A stretch of DNA of 63,980 nt, filler included, from Octopus bimaculoides (Eukaryota): the NCBI RefSeq assembly GCF_001194135.2. It is 7 parts of 7 records of this genome, joined end to end, with 100 filler letters (N's around TTAATTAATTAA, not from the genome) between each part and the next. Parts side by side here need not be neighbours in the genome. Positions count along the whole stretch, not along the records: positions 19,147 to 36,694 come from NC_069008.1; positions 36,795 to 43,994 come from NC_068992.1; 5 more parts are not named here. The stretch is one strand, 5' to 3'. Made by a program: the position numbers and the translations under genes. Positions 23,985-37,039 of this stretch are shown here, one piece after another; positions within the stretch are counted from its first letter, which is position 1; the number at the start of each line of letters is the position of its first letter. The notes under the pieces are model-generated. The model was not told the DNA's origin. It ran no database searches and worked only from the letters and a program-made list of their open reading frames with translations.

Positions 23985-24352
23985 CACTCCGTCGCTTACA
24001 ACGTCGAGGGTTCCAGTTGATCCGATCAACAGAAAAGCCTACTTGTGAAATTAACGTGCAAGTGGCTGAGCACTCCACAGACATGTGTACCCTTAACGTA
24101 GTTCTTGGGGAGATTCAGTGTGATACAGAGTGTGACAAGGCTGGCCCCTTTGAAATTACAGGTACAACAGAAACAGGAAGAAAGAGTGAGAGAAAGTTGT
24201 GGTGGAAGAGTACAGCAGGGTTCGCCACCACCCCTTACTGTAGCCTCATATTTTTGCTCAATAAACGCTCACAACATCCGGTCTGGGAATTGAAACTGCG
24301 ACCCTACCACTGAGAGTCCACCACCCTAACCACTGGGCCATTGCACCTCCAC
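23985..24352 (-). mobile_element. tRNA-headed SINE (second family)
   Basis: Minus-strand head GTGGAGGTGCAATGGCCCAGTGGTTAGGG...TTCAATTCC. The body is shared with 28007-28145, 30080-30540 and 53380-53625. Confidence 0.75.
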
Positions 24353-24450
24353 ATGTATATATGTATAAGGAAAATAATACCTACCAAGCCTTCACAAATG
24401 AAAAAAGAGAGATACACAGAAAAGAGGAAAATGTCGTACCTACGTGAAAA

Positions 24451-24819
24451 CTCTTGTTTCAGTCATTTGACTGTGGCCATGCTGGAGCACCGCCTTTAGT
24501 CGAAGAAATCAACCCCAGGACTTATTCTTTATAAGCCTAGTACTTATTCTATTGGTCTCTTTTGCCGAACCGCTAATTACAGGGGGCGTAAACACACGAG
24601 CATCGGTTGTCAAGCGATGTTGGGGGGGACAAACACAGACGCACAAACATATACACAAACACATATATATGTATATGATGGGCTTCTTTCAGTTTCCGTC
24701 TACCAAATCTACTCACAAGGCTTCGGTCGGCCCGAGGTTATAGTAGAAGACACTTGCCTAAGGTGCCATGCAGTGTGACTGGACCCAGAACCATGCAAGC
24801 TACTTACCACAGAGCCACT
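24451..24819 (-). mobile_element. Octopod SINE, near full length
   Basis: Reverse complement of the 11678-12143 family. Confidence 0.85.
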
Positions 24820-25569
24820 GGAAATATTTACAAAACATTTATTTTAATTTTGTCTTCAATTTAATATCTTAATTGATATCCACCTTTGTTTTACTCTTAG
24901 TTGAAAATGTCAGAGACTGAAACCGGTACTAACCATTACAAAACGTGTTTCATGATAAAATTATTTTAGCATTTTCTACTTTGTCTTATTTTCCTTATAT
25001 ATATCAACTTGTGTGTTTTCTACCTTCTACACACACATATAAACATGAATGTGTTGCTGGAGTTTAGGAATATGTAAGCTTCACACAAGATTTTCTGATG
25101 TAAATTTTAATAAATCAAAAAGTTCTTTTGTTCAGGTAAATGTTTATTTCTAGAGTTTATCTCTAAGGAAATGTTGAATCTGTATTTTCTAAGTAGCCTC
25201 TATATGTTACACTGTTGTTTCTTTATTATTTCAGAATATCAGATGACATTGGAATAGCAGAAGATACATTCTCATTATTTATCATCTTTTAAAGACCAAA
25301 ATGAAAATATTGTACAGAGCAGATATAAAAGATTGTTTCTATGAATCTATGGTAGAATTCCTCTGATATATTTACTCTGAAATGTGTTATTAGCAAACTT
25401 TCTGGACATCACCGGCTGGAGTGTCTACAAGATGAGTCTGGTTGCAAATTAAACTTGGATAAATTTACTAAAGAGTTTTGAGACAAAAGTGACAATGGAT
25501 AAAAATACAGCAGTTGAAATATTTGTAAACAAAAGACTATAGAAGCAAAAAGATTTTAGAAGAAAAATA

Positions 25570-26211
25570 ATGGAAAAAAGTGAAAATCTTATTTTTCCTG
25601 ATGATAAGAAAAGGGAGACACAAAAATTGTCACATGACTGTGATGTTTGCAAGAAGTCCTCGCAAAAGGGTAACTTAAATAAGCCCAAATGTATTCATAC
25701 AGGGGAGAAGCCATTTCGCTGTGATATCTGTGGTAAATCATTCTCTAAAAAATATGAATTGACTAGACACAAGCCTGTTCATACTGGAGAGAAACCCTAT
25801 CACTGTAATATTTGTGGTGCATCATTCTCTAACCGAAGTGCCTTAAATTCTCACAAACGTGTTCATACAGGAGAGAAGCCGTATCAGTGTAACATCTGTA
25901 GCAAATCATTCTCACATAGTACTTCTTTAACAACTCACAAACGTATTCATACAGGAGAGACGCCATTTTCCTGTAATATTTGTGGTAAATCATTCCCTCA
26001 AAGTAGTGCTTTAACTTCTCATAAACGTATTCATACAGGAGAGAAGCCATATCACTGCAACATCTGTAACAAATCTTTCTCTTTCAATAGTAGCCTAGCC
26101 AATCACAAACGTATCCATACAGGAGAGACACCATATTCTTGTGATATCTGTGGTAAATCATTCTCCCGGAATGACAACTTAGCTACTCACAAGCGTATTC
26201 ATACAGGATAA
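25570..26211 (+). CDS. C2H2 zinc-finger protein ZNF-B, 213 aa, 6 intact fingers + 1 degenerate
   Basis: Same N-terminus type and same upstream acceptor (ending 25234) and leader as ZNF-A and ZNF-C. The stop replaces Glu of a TGEKP linker. Confidence 0.85.
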   Translation: MEKSENLIFPDDKKRETQKLSHDCDVCKKSSQKGNLNKPKCIHTGEKPFRCDICGKSFSKKYELTRHKPVHTGEKPYHCNICGASFSNRSALNSHKRVHTGEKPYQCNICSKSFSHSTSLTTHKRIHTGETPFSCNICGKSFPQSSALTSHKRIHTGEKPYHCNICNKSFSFNSSLANHKRIHTGETPYSCDICGKSFSRNDNLATHKRIHTG

Positions 26212-26410
<199 letters not shown>

Positions 26411-28743
26411 CTTTTACCATGCAGATTATTCTGTTGAATATGATGTTTATTTAATCACGTTATTTTAAATTTGTCATGTATTATCTCAGCTTTTAAATTT
26501 CAATGATGTGATTGTTTATTTTTAGAATGACATTGTCGGGTAGGCATAAGAGGCTGAGTCTGGTTAGTTTGAACATAAAATAGGTTGAATATTTCTGCCA
26601 GATATGGCTGGTTTAAATGCTAATGGGTTAACACTAGAAGTATCAACATTTCTTTTTTCTTACAAATCTCAAAGTGGTCATTTTTGACTGCCATTGAAAA
26701 CTTTTATTCAGTACAATTTTCTTTAAATATGAGCAAATGCAGTGAATAAAGGATTTGAAAATACAGTCTTTTAGCATTTGTTTACATGCAAAAAATATAT
26801 ATCTATACACATATGAAATGATGCTTATGATTGCACCATTCAATAGAGTTGTAGAAATTAAAAAGTAAAAAGCAAAAGTGGTGATAAATGACTGCTTGGT
26901 ACTGCGAGTGTTAACTAAATGTTTATCTATTACACTCTCAGAGTGATTGGTGTTAGAAAGGGCATCAAGCCATAGAAAACATGCCAAATCAGAGAAGAAT
27001 CTTATCCAGTATTCCAGTTTGCGAAACCATGCCAACATGGACAACAGACATTTAATGATGATGTGTGTATTTCAGTATTGTCAACATTGATCATGTGATT
27101 AGGGTTGGACTAAATCCGTTGCAAAGATCAAATGGTCTTAACTAGCCAACAGATGTCTGAGCAACAGTTTTTATCCCAACATAGAAAAATTCTCTTCCTG
27201 CCCACCAGTCATTATATATGGAACTGTCCCTCATGTTTTTGAGCAGAGAGAAAGAGAAGGAGAGAGAGATCAGATCACAACAACCGATGCTGCCCAACAC
27301 ACAGAACCAAGCCATGAACTTGCTACAGAATTTCAACCACGATACAACTTCCACTGTTCCAGACAAAAGTTACTTAAAACTTGCAAAACCAGTTACTTCA
27401 CAATATGTAAGACATTTGCCATGTATTTTTATAAGGGGTTGTAATAAATAACAGTTGCATTGAATTTACCTGGTTCTTCTTGTCATTCATTTATCTTCTG
27501 TCACTCCAGGCACACNNNNNNNNNNNNNNNNNNNNNNNNNNNNNNNNNNNNNNNNNNNNNNNNNNNNNNNNNNNNNNNNNNNNNNNNNNNNNNNNNNNNN
27601 NNNNNNNNNNNNNNNNNNNNNNNNNNNNNNNNNNNNNNNNNNNNNNNNNNNNNNNNNNNNNNNNNNNNNNNNNNNNNNNNNNNNNNNNNNNNNNNNNNNN
27701 NNNNNNNNNNNNNNNNNNNNNNNNNNNNNNNNNNNNNNNNNNNNNNNNNNNNNNNNNNNNNNNNNNNNNNNNNNNNNNNNNNNNNNNNNNNNNNNNNNNN
27801 NNNNNNNNNNNNNNNNNNNNNNNNNNNNNNNNNNNNNNNNNNNNNNNNNNNNNNNNNNNNNNNNNNNNNNNNNNNNNNNNNNNNNNNNNNNNNNNNNNNN
27901 NNNNNNNNNNNNNNNNNNNNNNNNNNNNNNNNNNNNNNNNNNNNNNNNNNNNNNNNNNNNNNNNNNNNNNNNNNNNNNNNNNNNNNNNNNNNNNNNNNNN
28001 NNNNNTGAATATCCCCCGAGAACTACGTTAAGGGTACACGTGTCTGTGGAGTGCTCAGCCACTTGCATGTTAATTTCACGAGCAGGCTATTCCGTTGATC
28101 GGATCAACTGGAACCCTCGTCGTCGTAAGCGACGGGGTGCCATTATTCATCATTCCCCGTAGCCGAAAAAAAGGTGGTGGGGGTGTCTAAAAAGAAATAA
28201 AAATTTTAAGGGTGGGTTTGGGGGTCGGGGACATGCGGAAATCTTGCCAAATTTTCTACAACAACCTTCGAGAGTGTGTAGATTAGATTATGTCGGAATT
28301 TAATAACAAAAATTAAAGATAGCTGGTTCGCTCGTACACATACATATTGATATAATCCACAATTCTTTTCGAAATTTCAAGTTTTATTTTGAGATGTCTG
28401 TCTGAATGTATGTGTAAATCTCACCGATTTTTCTTTCTTTTGAATAAGAAAATCTGATATCATTGTAATCTACCCCATCCGAAGAGCATTTATAGGAAAT
28501 TTCCTTAAGAAATATCCATTTTTCGGAATGTTATAATGAAACAAGGCCAACTCGTGTTAGTTTCCCTAATCTCTTTACCCCACCCTCGGAAAATGATATT
28601 TACTAAACAGATTCTTGGCTAAATTTCGAATATCGAAAGATCACCTAAATACCAGTGGACTACTGAGGTCCATGCAATCGATTTACGCACCGCCCTCCCC
28701 GAAATTGCTGGCCTGGTGCCAAATTTTGAAACCATTATTTCAT

Positions 28744-28912
28744 ACGCATGCGCACTAAACGTACTTCCGCCTTCATTCACTGCATCATGACGAACCTGTT
28801 TGGCGCTGGAATCTCTCTTAATTACCTCCCGAACGCAATTATAATCCATTTCTCTACCACCTGACGCACTGATAACAACACTATCCTTTATAAAAAAAAC
28901 ATTTCCGTAAGT
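28744..28912 (+). promoter_or_regulatory. Putative ZNF promoter + non-coding exon 1
   Basis: ACGCATGCGC (NRF1/Ewg-like palindrome) at 28744, ACTTCCG (ETS-like) at 28763 and donor TCC|GTAAGT at 28907. A second copy with identical 163-nt spacing is at 36241-36409. Confidence 0.55.
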
Positions 28913-31326
28913 ATTAAACAATGAAAATATTTGATCTTTCAATACTTTGTGTCTTATGTATGTATTCTTTAATTTGTTCGACATTTGGCTGCTATTTCTA
29001 GCTATGGCGGCAACCTTCTACCCTCTCCATCATTTCCACGTTTGTTTGTTGTGTGTTTTAGTTTGAGAAATATTCTTAAATACACTTCAACCACTTTTTT
29101 CGGCGAAGTTGAAGAATACGTACTGTGGGTCTTTAAGGGATAGGGTTTTTGCTATTCTTTAGTTCGGTCTTTTTTTTTTTTTTAATTGATGGAGGGAAGG
29201 GTACAAGATATTTACGCGGGGCAAAACGAGTAATTTCCCATTTCTCCATATTTTTTCCAAACTTGTTTGAAATTATTACATTATGTTTAAGACTGAAAAT
29301 TGAAGTTGCAATCCAGATCTTGTTGATTTTCAAGAAATTTTCCCTCAACTTTCAACCCGATGTTTGGTGTTTAACGATCAATATTCTTTTCTCTGTTGGA
29401 TTCAAAGTCAAGTATTTTCCCATACGATTATCAAAAATAATAGGGCAATTTCAGTATTTTCTACTCATTAACTTCGCGGTGTTACAATGAAAAATGATTA
29501 AAATTCTCTGGATGAAGTTACTCGACTTAGTCACTGACGTACATTTATCACGAAGAGATCGTGAAGACGCTATAGGTAGTATTTTATTTTGAGTTTTTTT
29601 ATTAAGTCGATCTTCATTAATTTCACATCTTTTGCAATTTTTCTCTGTTCCTCTTTCATTTGAACCAGATACTTAAATAACTGTTTGTGTTTCTTATCTT
29701 TACGATGTCTTAGGATAGACAGTGATGTGTTTCAGTCCTTTGTTTTGAAATGTAATTTTGGGTAATTAAAGAGACAAATTTACCTATTCTTGTCTTACTC
29801 ATTTTGCCTTAACCAAAGTTATCTTTTACACACTCGAAGAGAACCACAATAGTTTCCTGAAATAGTGATTCTGTTATGTTTTAAATGCATTTAGGGAAGG
29901 CCATTTGCTTAGCTGATGTACTTTTTGTAATCAATCGTAGAACGTTATTGTTCCCCATCCCAACTACAGATCTAGTTCCACTCCGCCTCTGAGTTTAATC
30001 AGTCGAGCAGGTATTCTTCACATTTTCCAGAATGCTCAAGAGCACATCCCTGTAAAAAAAAAAATGTATTCCTTCTTGAGTTATACTGACTCTATGGTTG
30101 GGAAGCTGGTCTGTCGCAGGATTGCTCATTAAAAATGAAGTGCTTTGCTCAATAACACAATGCATCACCTGGTTTAGGAATTGAAACCACCATATTATGA
30201 TCGCAAGTCCAACACCCTAACCACTAGGCCATACACCGCCATAAAGTACCGAGTCAAACACCTTGCGGTGGTCAACATGTTCAGCAAGCAGCCCCTACTG
30301 ATGCCCATTTTCCTGTCAGATGGTATGATACCGAAGGGTTTTTCTAAATCCGATCAGCTGAACACAGCCTGCTCGTGAGCTTAACGTGAAAGTGGCTGAA
30401 CACTCCACGGACACACTCACCCATGGAGTAGCTCTGAGATATTAAGTTTGTGATAAGGCTGGCCCTTCAAGTTCCAGGTAGTATTTATCTTTTGTCAGCT
30501 CGCTGCTAGGAATTGAAATCTTGACTTTATCAAGAGTTGAGTACCCTGACCACCAATCCACACATATATATACACATAGATACATACATAAATATATATA
30601 TTCAGTTCTACTGTGTACCACCTTAGGCAAGTATTTTCTACAATAGCCTCTTGCTCACCAAAGCTTTTTCAATGGATCTGGTGGACAGAAACTGAAAGAA
30701 GCCTAATCTATATGTGTGTGTTTGTCTGTCTGTCCCCCCATCAACACTTAACAACCAATATTGGAGTGTTTATATGCCCCTAACTTAGCGATTTTGACAA
30801 CAGAAACTGATAGAATAAGTACTATGGTTGATTTGATCGACTAAAAACCTTTCAAGTAGTGCTCCAGCATGGTAAATACTTATTTCTAGAGTTTATCTCT
30901 ATGGAAATGTTGAATCTGTATTTTCTAAGTAGCCTCTATATCTTACACTGTTGTTTCTTTATTATTTCAGAATATCAGATGACATTGGAATAACTGAAGA
31001 TACATTCTCATTATTTATCTTCTTTTAAAGACCAAAATGAAAATATTGTACAGAGCAGATATAGAAGATTGATTCTATAAGTCTATGGTAGAATTCCTAT
31101 GATATATTTACTCTGAAATGTGTTATTAGCAAACTTTGTGGACATCACCGGCTGGAGTGTCTACAAGATGAGTCTGGTTGCAAATTAAACTTGGATAAAT
31201 TTACTAAAGAGTATTCAGACAAAAGTAACACTGGACAGAAATACAGCAGTTGAAATTTTTGTAAATAAAAGACTATAGAAGGAAAAAGAAGAAAAAAATA
31301 TATGTTGTGAATTTCAAAGAGGGATA

Positions 31327-33192
31327 ATGGAAAAGAGTAAGAAATTAAAGGATCTAACTTTTCCAGAAGCTAGAGAAACAAAGAGACGAAAATTGTCACA
31401 TAACTGTGATGTCTGTGAAAGGTCCTTCTCTCAAGAGAGTCACTTGATTATGCACAAATGTGTTCATGCAGTAGAGAAGCCATTTTACCGTGACAAACCC
31501 ATTCATACAGGGAAGAAACCATTTCACTGTGATATCTGTGGTAAATCATTCTCTAAAAAGTTTTACTTGATCACACACCGACGTATTCATACAGGAGAGA
31601 AGCCATTTCATTGTGACATCTGTGGTAAATCATTCTCTAAAAAAATTTACTTGACTACACACAAACGTATTCATACAGGGGAGAAGCCATATCATTGTGA
31701 TGTCTGTGGTAAATCATTCTCTCACCCAAGTGATTTAAATTCTCACAAACGCGTTCATACAGGAGAGAAGCCATATCAGTGTAACATCTGTGGTAAATCA
31801 TTCTCTAACCGAAGTACTTTAAATTCTCATAAGCTTATTCACACAGGGGAAAAACCATATTCCTGTAATATCTGTGGTAAATCATTTTCTGGCTACACTG
31901 GTTTAACTCATCACAAACGTATTCATACAGGAGAGAAGCCATATCAATGCAACATCTGTAACAAATCTTTCTCTGTCAGTAGTACCCTGACTAGTCACAA
32001 ACGTACTCATACAGGAGAGACACCATATTCTTGTGATATCTGTGGAAAATCATTCTCCAGAATTGACAACTTAGCTACTCACAAACGTATCCATACAGGA
32101 GAGAAGCCATATCAATGTGATGTTTGTGATAAATCTTTCTCTCGAAGTGGTACCCTAATTGCTCACAAACGTATTCATACAGGAGAGAGACCATATTCTT
32201 GTGATATCTGTGGTAAATCATTCTCTCGAAATGGCACCTTAGCTACTCATAAACGTGTTCATACAGGAGAGAAGCCATATCATTGTTATATCTGTGGTAA
32301 AGCATTCTCTGTGAGTTCTGACTTATCTGAACACAAACATATCCATACAGGAGAGAAGCCATATCACTGTGATATCTGTGGTAAATTATTCTCCTCAAAT
32401 ACTTGCTTGACTAGACACAGACGTGTTCATACCGGAGAGAAGCCTTATCACTGTGATGTGTGTAGTACATCATTCTCTAATCGAAGTGCTTTAAATTCAC
32501 ATATACGTGTCCATACAGGGGAGAAACCATTTCGCTGTGACATTTGTGGTAAACCATTCTCTGTAAGTGGTAAATTGACTAGACACAAACGTATTCATAC
32601 TGGAGAGAAACCATATCACTGTGATGTCTGTGGTAAATCATTCTCTGACCAAAGTGATTTCGGTCGTCACAAACGTGTTCATACAGGAGTGAAGCCATAT
32701 CAGTGTAACATCTGTAGTAGATCGTTTGCTGACCAAAGTTATTTATATTCTCACAAACGTACTCATACAGGGGAGAAACCATATTCCTGTAATATCTGTG
32801 GTAAATCATTCCCTCGCAACTCTGCTTTGACTGAACATAAACGTATTCATACAGGAGAGAAGCCATATCCCTGTATCATCTGTAACAAATCTTTTGCTGC
32901 CAGTAGTAACCTAACTACCCATAAACGTATTCATACAGGAGAGAAGCCATATGACTGTGATATCTGTGGTAAAGCATTTTCTCAGAGTTGTGCTTTAAGT
33001 AGTCACAAGCGTATTCATAAAGGTGACAAGCCATTTCACTGTGATATCTGTGGCAGATCATTTTCTCAGAGTTCTAATTTAACAGGTCACAAACGTACTC
33101 ATACAGGAGAGAAGCCATATCACTGTGATACCTGTGGTAAATCATTCGCTCAAAGTGGTACCTTAGCTTCTCACAAGTGTATTCTTACATGA
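31327..33192 (+). CDS. C2H2 zinc-finger protein ZNF-C, 621 aa, 20 intact fingers + 1 incomplete terminal finger
   Basis: Tandem C2H2/TGEKP array with one internally deleted finger remnant ([13 protein letters not shown]). The acceptor ends at 30970. Confidence 0.95.
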   Translation: MEKSKKLKDLTFPEARETKRRKLSHNCDVCERSFSQESHLIMHKCVHAVEKPFYRDKPIHTGKKPFHCDICGKSFSKKFYLITHRRIHTGEKPFHCDICGKSFSKKIYLTTHKRIHTGEKPYHCDVCGKSFSHPSDLNSHKRVHTGEKPYQCNICGKSFSNRSTLNSHKLIHTGEKPYSCNICGKSFSGYTGLTHHKRIHTGEKPYQCNICNKSFSVSSTLTSHKRTHTGETPYSCDICGKSFSRIDNLATHKRIHTGEKPYQCDVCDKSFSRSGTLIAHKRIHTGERPYSCDICGKSFSRNGTLATHKRVHTGEKPYHCYICGKAFSVSSDLSEHKHIHTGEKPYHCDICGKLFSSNTCLTRHRRVHTGEKPYHCDVCSTSFSNRSALNSHIRVHTGEKPFRCDICGKPFSVSGKLTRHKRIHTGEKPYHCDVCGKSFSDQSDFGRHKRVHTGVKPYQCNICSRSFADQSYLYSHKRTHTGEKPYSCNICGKSFPRNSALTEHKRIHTGEKPYPCIICNKSFAASSNLTTHKRIHTGEKPYDCDICGKAFSQSCALSSHKRIHKGDKPFHCDICGRSFSQSSNLTGHKRTHTGEKPYHCDTCGKSFAQSGTLASHKCILT

Positions 33193-33960
33193 GAAAAGTC
33201 TTTACTCTGTAAGTGGTGACTTAACCCTTTACCATGCAAATTATTCTGTCGAATATGATGTTTATTTATACAAATTATTTTCAGTTTGTCATGCATTAAC
33301 TCACAGTTTTCAAATTTTAATGATGTGATTGTGTATTTACAGAAAGACATTGTAGGGTAGGTGTAAGAGGCCATTTCTGGGAAGTTTGAACGTAAAATAT
33401 GTAGTATATTTGGGCTAGAGATGGCTGGTTTAAATGCTAAAGGGTTAACACTAAAAGTATCAACATTTCTTTCTTCTTAAAAAGACCATAATGGTCATTT
33501 TTGACTGTCATTGAAAATCTTATTTCATACAATTTATTTTAAATATCAGCAAATGCAATGAATAAAGGATTTGAAAATACAGTCTTTTAGCATTTATTTA
33601 CATGCAAAAAATATATATCTATACACATATATGAAATGATGCTTATGATTGCACCATTCAATACAGTTGTAGAAATTAAAAAGTAAAAAGCAAAAGTGGT
33701 GATAAATGACCACTTGGTACTTCTAGTGTTAACTAAATGTGTATTTATTCATATATGTATATGACTATCAATGTGACAATTCCTATGAACAAGAAGCATT
33801 TTGACCTTCTCCTAAAATGGTTGTAGTATTGCAGGCATTCTGCATGGCAATAACCAAGCTACTCATCAGGGAATTGCTGTAATTGTCAGAGTTCCTTCTA
33901 TGCCAAAAAAAAAGAGAAGAGGGGCACTCTCTCTAACTGTAAAAGTATTCACACGGGAGT

Positions 33961-34099
33961 CATCATCGTTTAACGTCCGCTTTCCATGCTAGCATGGGTT
34001 GGACGACTTGACTGAGGACTGGTGAAACCGGATGGCAACACCAGACTCCAATCTAAATTTGGCAGAGTTTCTACAGCTGGATGCCCTTCCTAACGCCAA
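33961..34099 (-). mobile_element. Short 3' fragment of the same RTE LINE
   Basis: Near-identical to 19670-19815 (CATCATCGTTTAACGTCCGCTTTCCATGCTAGC...). Confidence 0.85.
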
Positions 34100-35209
34100 A
34101 TGCAGATAGAAATTGTCCAATCCATGCCAGCATGATGATGATGATGATGATATACACATATAATGTAGGAAGCATGTTGTCTACCCAGGTATTCATCTTA
34201 AAATTATATCAAATGAGAAGACTTGTTGAGGCATGTGTCATGTAATGGTGCCTCTGCCAGTGACACATACAGCCACCTATTACACTCGGAGTGGTTGGTG
34301 TTATAAAGGGCAACCGTCAAGAATATGCCAGAGGAGATAAGATCACAACCGAAGCTGCCCAACACACAGAACCAACCCATGAACATGCTACAGAATTTCA
34401 ACTATGATACAACTTCCACTGTTCCAGATAGAGTCAGTTAAAATTTGTCAAACCAGTTACTTCACAATATGTAAGACATTTGCCATGTATTTTTATAAGG
34501 GGTTGTAATAAATAACAGTTGCATTGAATTTACCTGGTTCTTGTCATTTGTTTATATAAAGGTAACTCCAGGCACAAAGACTAGACAAGTTCATGCATAA
34601 CCAACACACAGCTACATCATGAACTGGCTACAGTTAACTTAAGCAAAACTCATAACCAACACTCATTATATATATATGTACACACACATACACATATAAG
34701 TGTGTATGTCTTTGCGTCTGTGTTTGTCTCCCAGTATTGCTTGACAACTGGTGTTTGTGTGTTTACATCCCTGTAACCTAGCTGTTCAGCAAGAGAGATC
34801 AATAGAATAAGCACTAAGCTTAGCAAAACAAATACGTTTTGATCAAAATTTCTTTGAGGTGTTGCCTCAGCATGACTGAAGTAAAATGTGAAAGATGCAC
34901 CAACATAAACATACATGAAACAATGGCCATTTTTAAATGATGCAAGATTAAGAGCAACTGGATGAGATTAATAATATATGCTTAGCTGAATCTGAAGTTG
35001 ACAAGAATATGGGGTATGGGCAGGAGGGTTCATGAGGTGTGCAGTTCTTTGGGAAATAAAAATGGATTGTGGTATTGAAGCAATGGGAATGATATGAAAA
35101 AGCCCCATGTTTCCTCTTGAGCCATTTATTGTTTCTCCAGGTGTAATACTTGGGTAAAAGAGTTTTCTTGCATCTTCATCTACTTGACACAAAAAACCCA
35201 TTAAGGGTA

Positions 35210-35545
35210 TGTAGTAACACCCTATCTCATGCGCATGCGTGGAATTCAACATCTAAACGTTCCCGCTTTTTTTCATTCTCTTTCTCGGCCGGCCGGCTAT
35301 GAGCATGGACGTGTCAAGCTGTCTCTCCATCTTTCCAACTCTGGGGACAGCTCACATCAACATTCCAACGTCTCAGCAACCATGCTGTCTCACAGAAGGC
35401 GTCTCAGCAACCAAGATTAAAGATGCCTATTTTCACCATAAATAAATATTGTTGTGTTGATAGTTCGGAGTTCTGCGTTCCGTTTATTCCGAATTTAATA
35501 CAGGAAAGCAGGCGTACACCTAATGGTGTATAACCACTTTTCCTA
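35210..35545 (+). mobile_element. Dispersed LTR-like element, with a homologue at 62478-62865
   Basis: Both copies begin TGTAGTAAC and share GCGCATGCGTGGAATT, TTCCCGC, GAGCATGGACGTGTCAAGC, AATAAA and GTATAACCA. No TSD or PBS could be verified. Confidence 0.4.
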
Positions 35546-36240
35546 AAGGTAGTTTCTTTTGGAGAAAGGGCTTGTTGCAAGGCTGTTTGTTTTGTAAACA
35601 TAACCCAGTGTCCATACTCTAGATAAAGGGTCGCCAATTTTGGCAANNNNNNNNNNNNNNNNNNNNNNNNNNNNNNNNNNNNNNNNNNNNNNNNNNNNNN
35701 NNNNNNNNNNNNNNNNNNNNNNNNNNNNNNNNNNNNNNNNNNNNNNNNNNNNNNNNNNNNNNNNNNNNNNNNNNNNNNNNNNNNNNNNNNNNNNNNNNNN
35801 NNNNNNNNNNNNNNNNNNNNNNNNNNNNNNNNNNNNNNNNNNNNNNNNNNNNNNNNNNNNNNNNNNNNNNNNNNNNNNNNNNNNNNNNNNNNNNNNNNNN
35901 NNNNNNNNNNNNNNNNNNNNNNNNNNNNNNNNNNNNNNNNNNNNNNNNNNNNNNNNNNNNNNNNNNNNNNNNNNNNNNNNNNNNNNNNNNNNNNNNNNNN
36001 NNNNNNNNNNNNNNNNNNNNNNNNNNNNNNNNNNNNNNNNNNNNNNNNNNNNNNNNNNNNNNNNNNNNNNNNNNNNNNNNNNNNNNNNNNNNNNNNNNNN
36101 NNNNNNNNNNNNNNNNNNNNNNNNNNNNNNNNNNNNNNNNNNNNNNNNNNNNNNNNNNNNNNTCCATGTAATCGAATTACGTACCACCCCCACCTCCGAA
36201 ATTGCAGGCCTTGTGCAAAGAAGGGAAAGAAATATTTCTT

Positions 36241-36409
36241 ACGCATGCGCACTAAACGTACTTCCGCCTCCATTCATTACATCTTGACAAACGTGTCTGG
36301 AGCCAGAATTTCTCTTAATTAACTCCCAAACATATTTATAATACATTTCTCTACCACTTGGCGCACTTCTAACAACAACACTATCCTTTATAAGAACAAT
36401 TCCGTAAGT
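36241..36409 (+). promoter_or_regulatory. Second copy of the ZNF promoter/exon-1 module, with no coding exon visible before the contig spacer
   Basis: Motifs and spacing match 28744-28912; homology continues to about 36530. Confidence 0.55.
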
Positions 36410-36537
36410 ATTAAACAAGGAAAGCATTTAATCTTTTAATACTTTGATTTGTGCGACATTTGGCTGCTATTTCTAGCTATGGAGGCTACCTTCTACACTC
36501 TGCATCGTTTCCACGTTAATTTGTTGTGTGTTTGGTA

Positions 36538-36660
36538 CTATTCAAGAAGAGTGGTCCCGGTGTGCGCACTCGCGCATCCGAGCTAGCCAGTCGTGACTAG
36601 TCGATCCTACAACGACTATCTGGCGCGTATGCGCGCCACGGGACCACTCTTCTTGAATAG
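36538..36660. mobile_element. 123-bp CpG-rich MITE with TA target duplication
   Basis: Perfect TIR CTATTCAAGAAGAGTGGTCCCG / CGGGACCACTCTTCTTGAATAG flanked by TA on both sides. It is absent from the paralogous site near 29055. Confidence 0.8.
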
Positions 36661-36799
36661 TACCCAGATCTATTTCCAGACTGTCTCCCTGCGTNNNNNN
36701 NNNNNNNNNNNNNNNNNNNNNNNNNNNNNNNNNNNNNNTTAATTAATTAANNNNNNNNNNNNNNNNNNNNNNNNNNNNNNNNNNNNNNNNNNNNACATA

Positions 36800-36960
36800 T
36801 ATATATATATATATATGACCGGCTTCTTTCAGTTTCCGTCTACCAAATCCACTCACAAGTCTTTAGTCGGCCCGAGGCTATAGTAGAAGAAACTTGCCCT
36901 AAGTGCCACGCACCATGTGGTTGGCGAGCAAGCTACTTACCACTCAGCCAGTCCTGCGGC
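36800..36960 (-). mobile_element. Octopod SINE 5' half
   Basis: Matches the head of the 11678 family on the minus strand. Confidence 0.8.
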
Positions 36961-37039
36961 TATATAATAAAACGAATGCTTTACACCTGGTATCTTACTG
37001 GTAAAGCCCGGTCACTTTCATAGTGTTCGTTATGTATAT

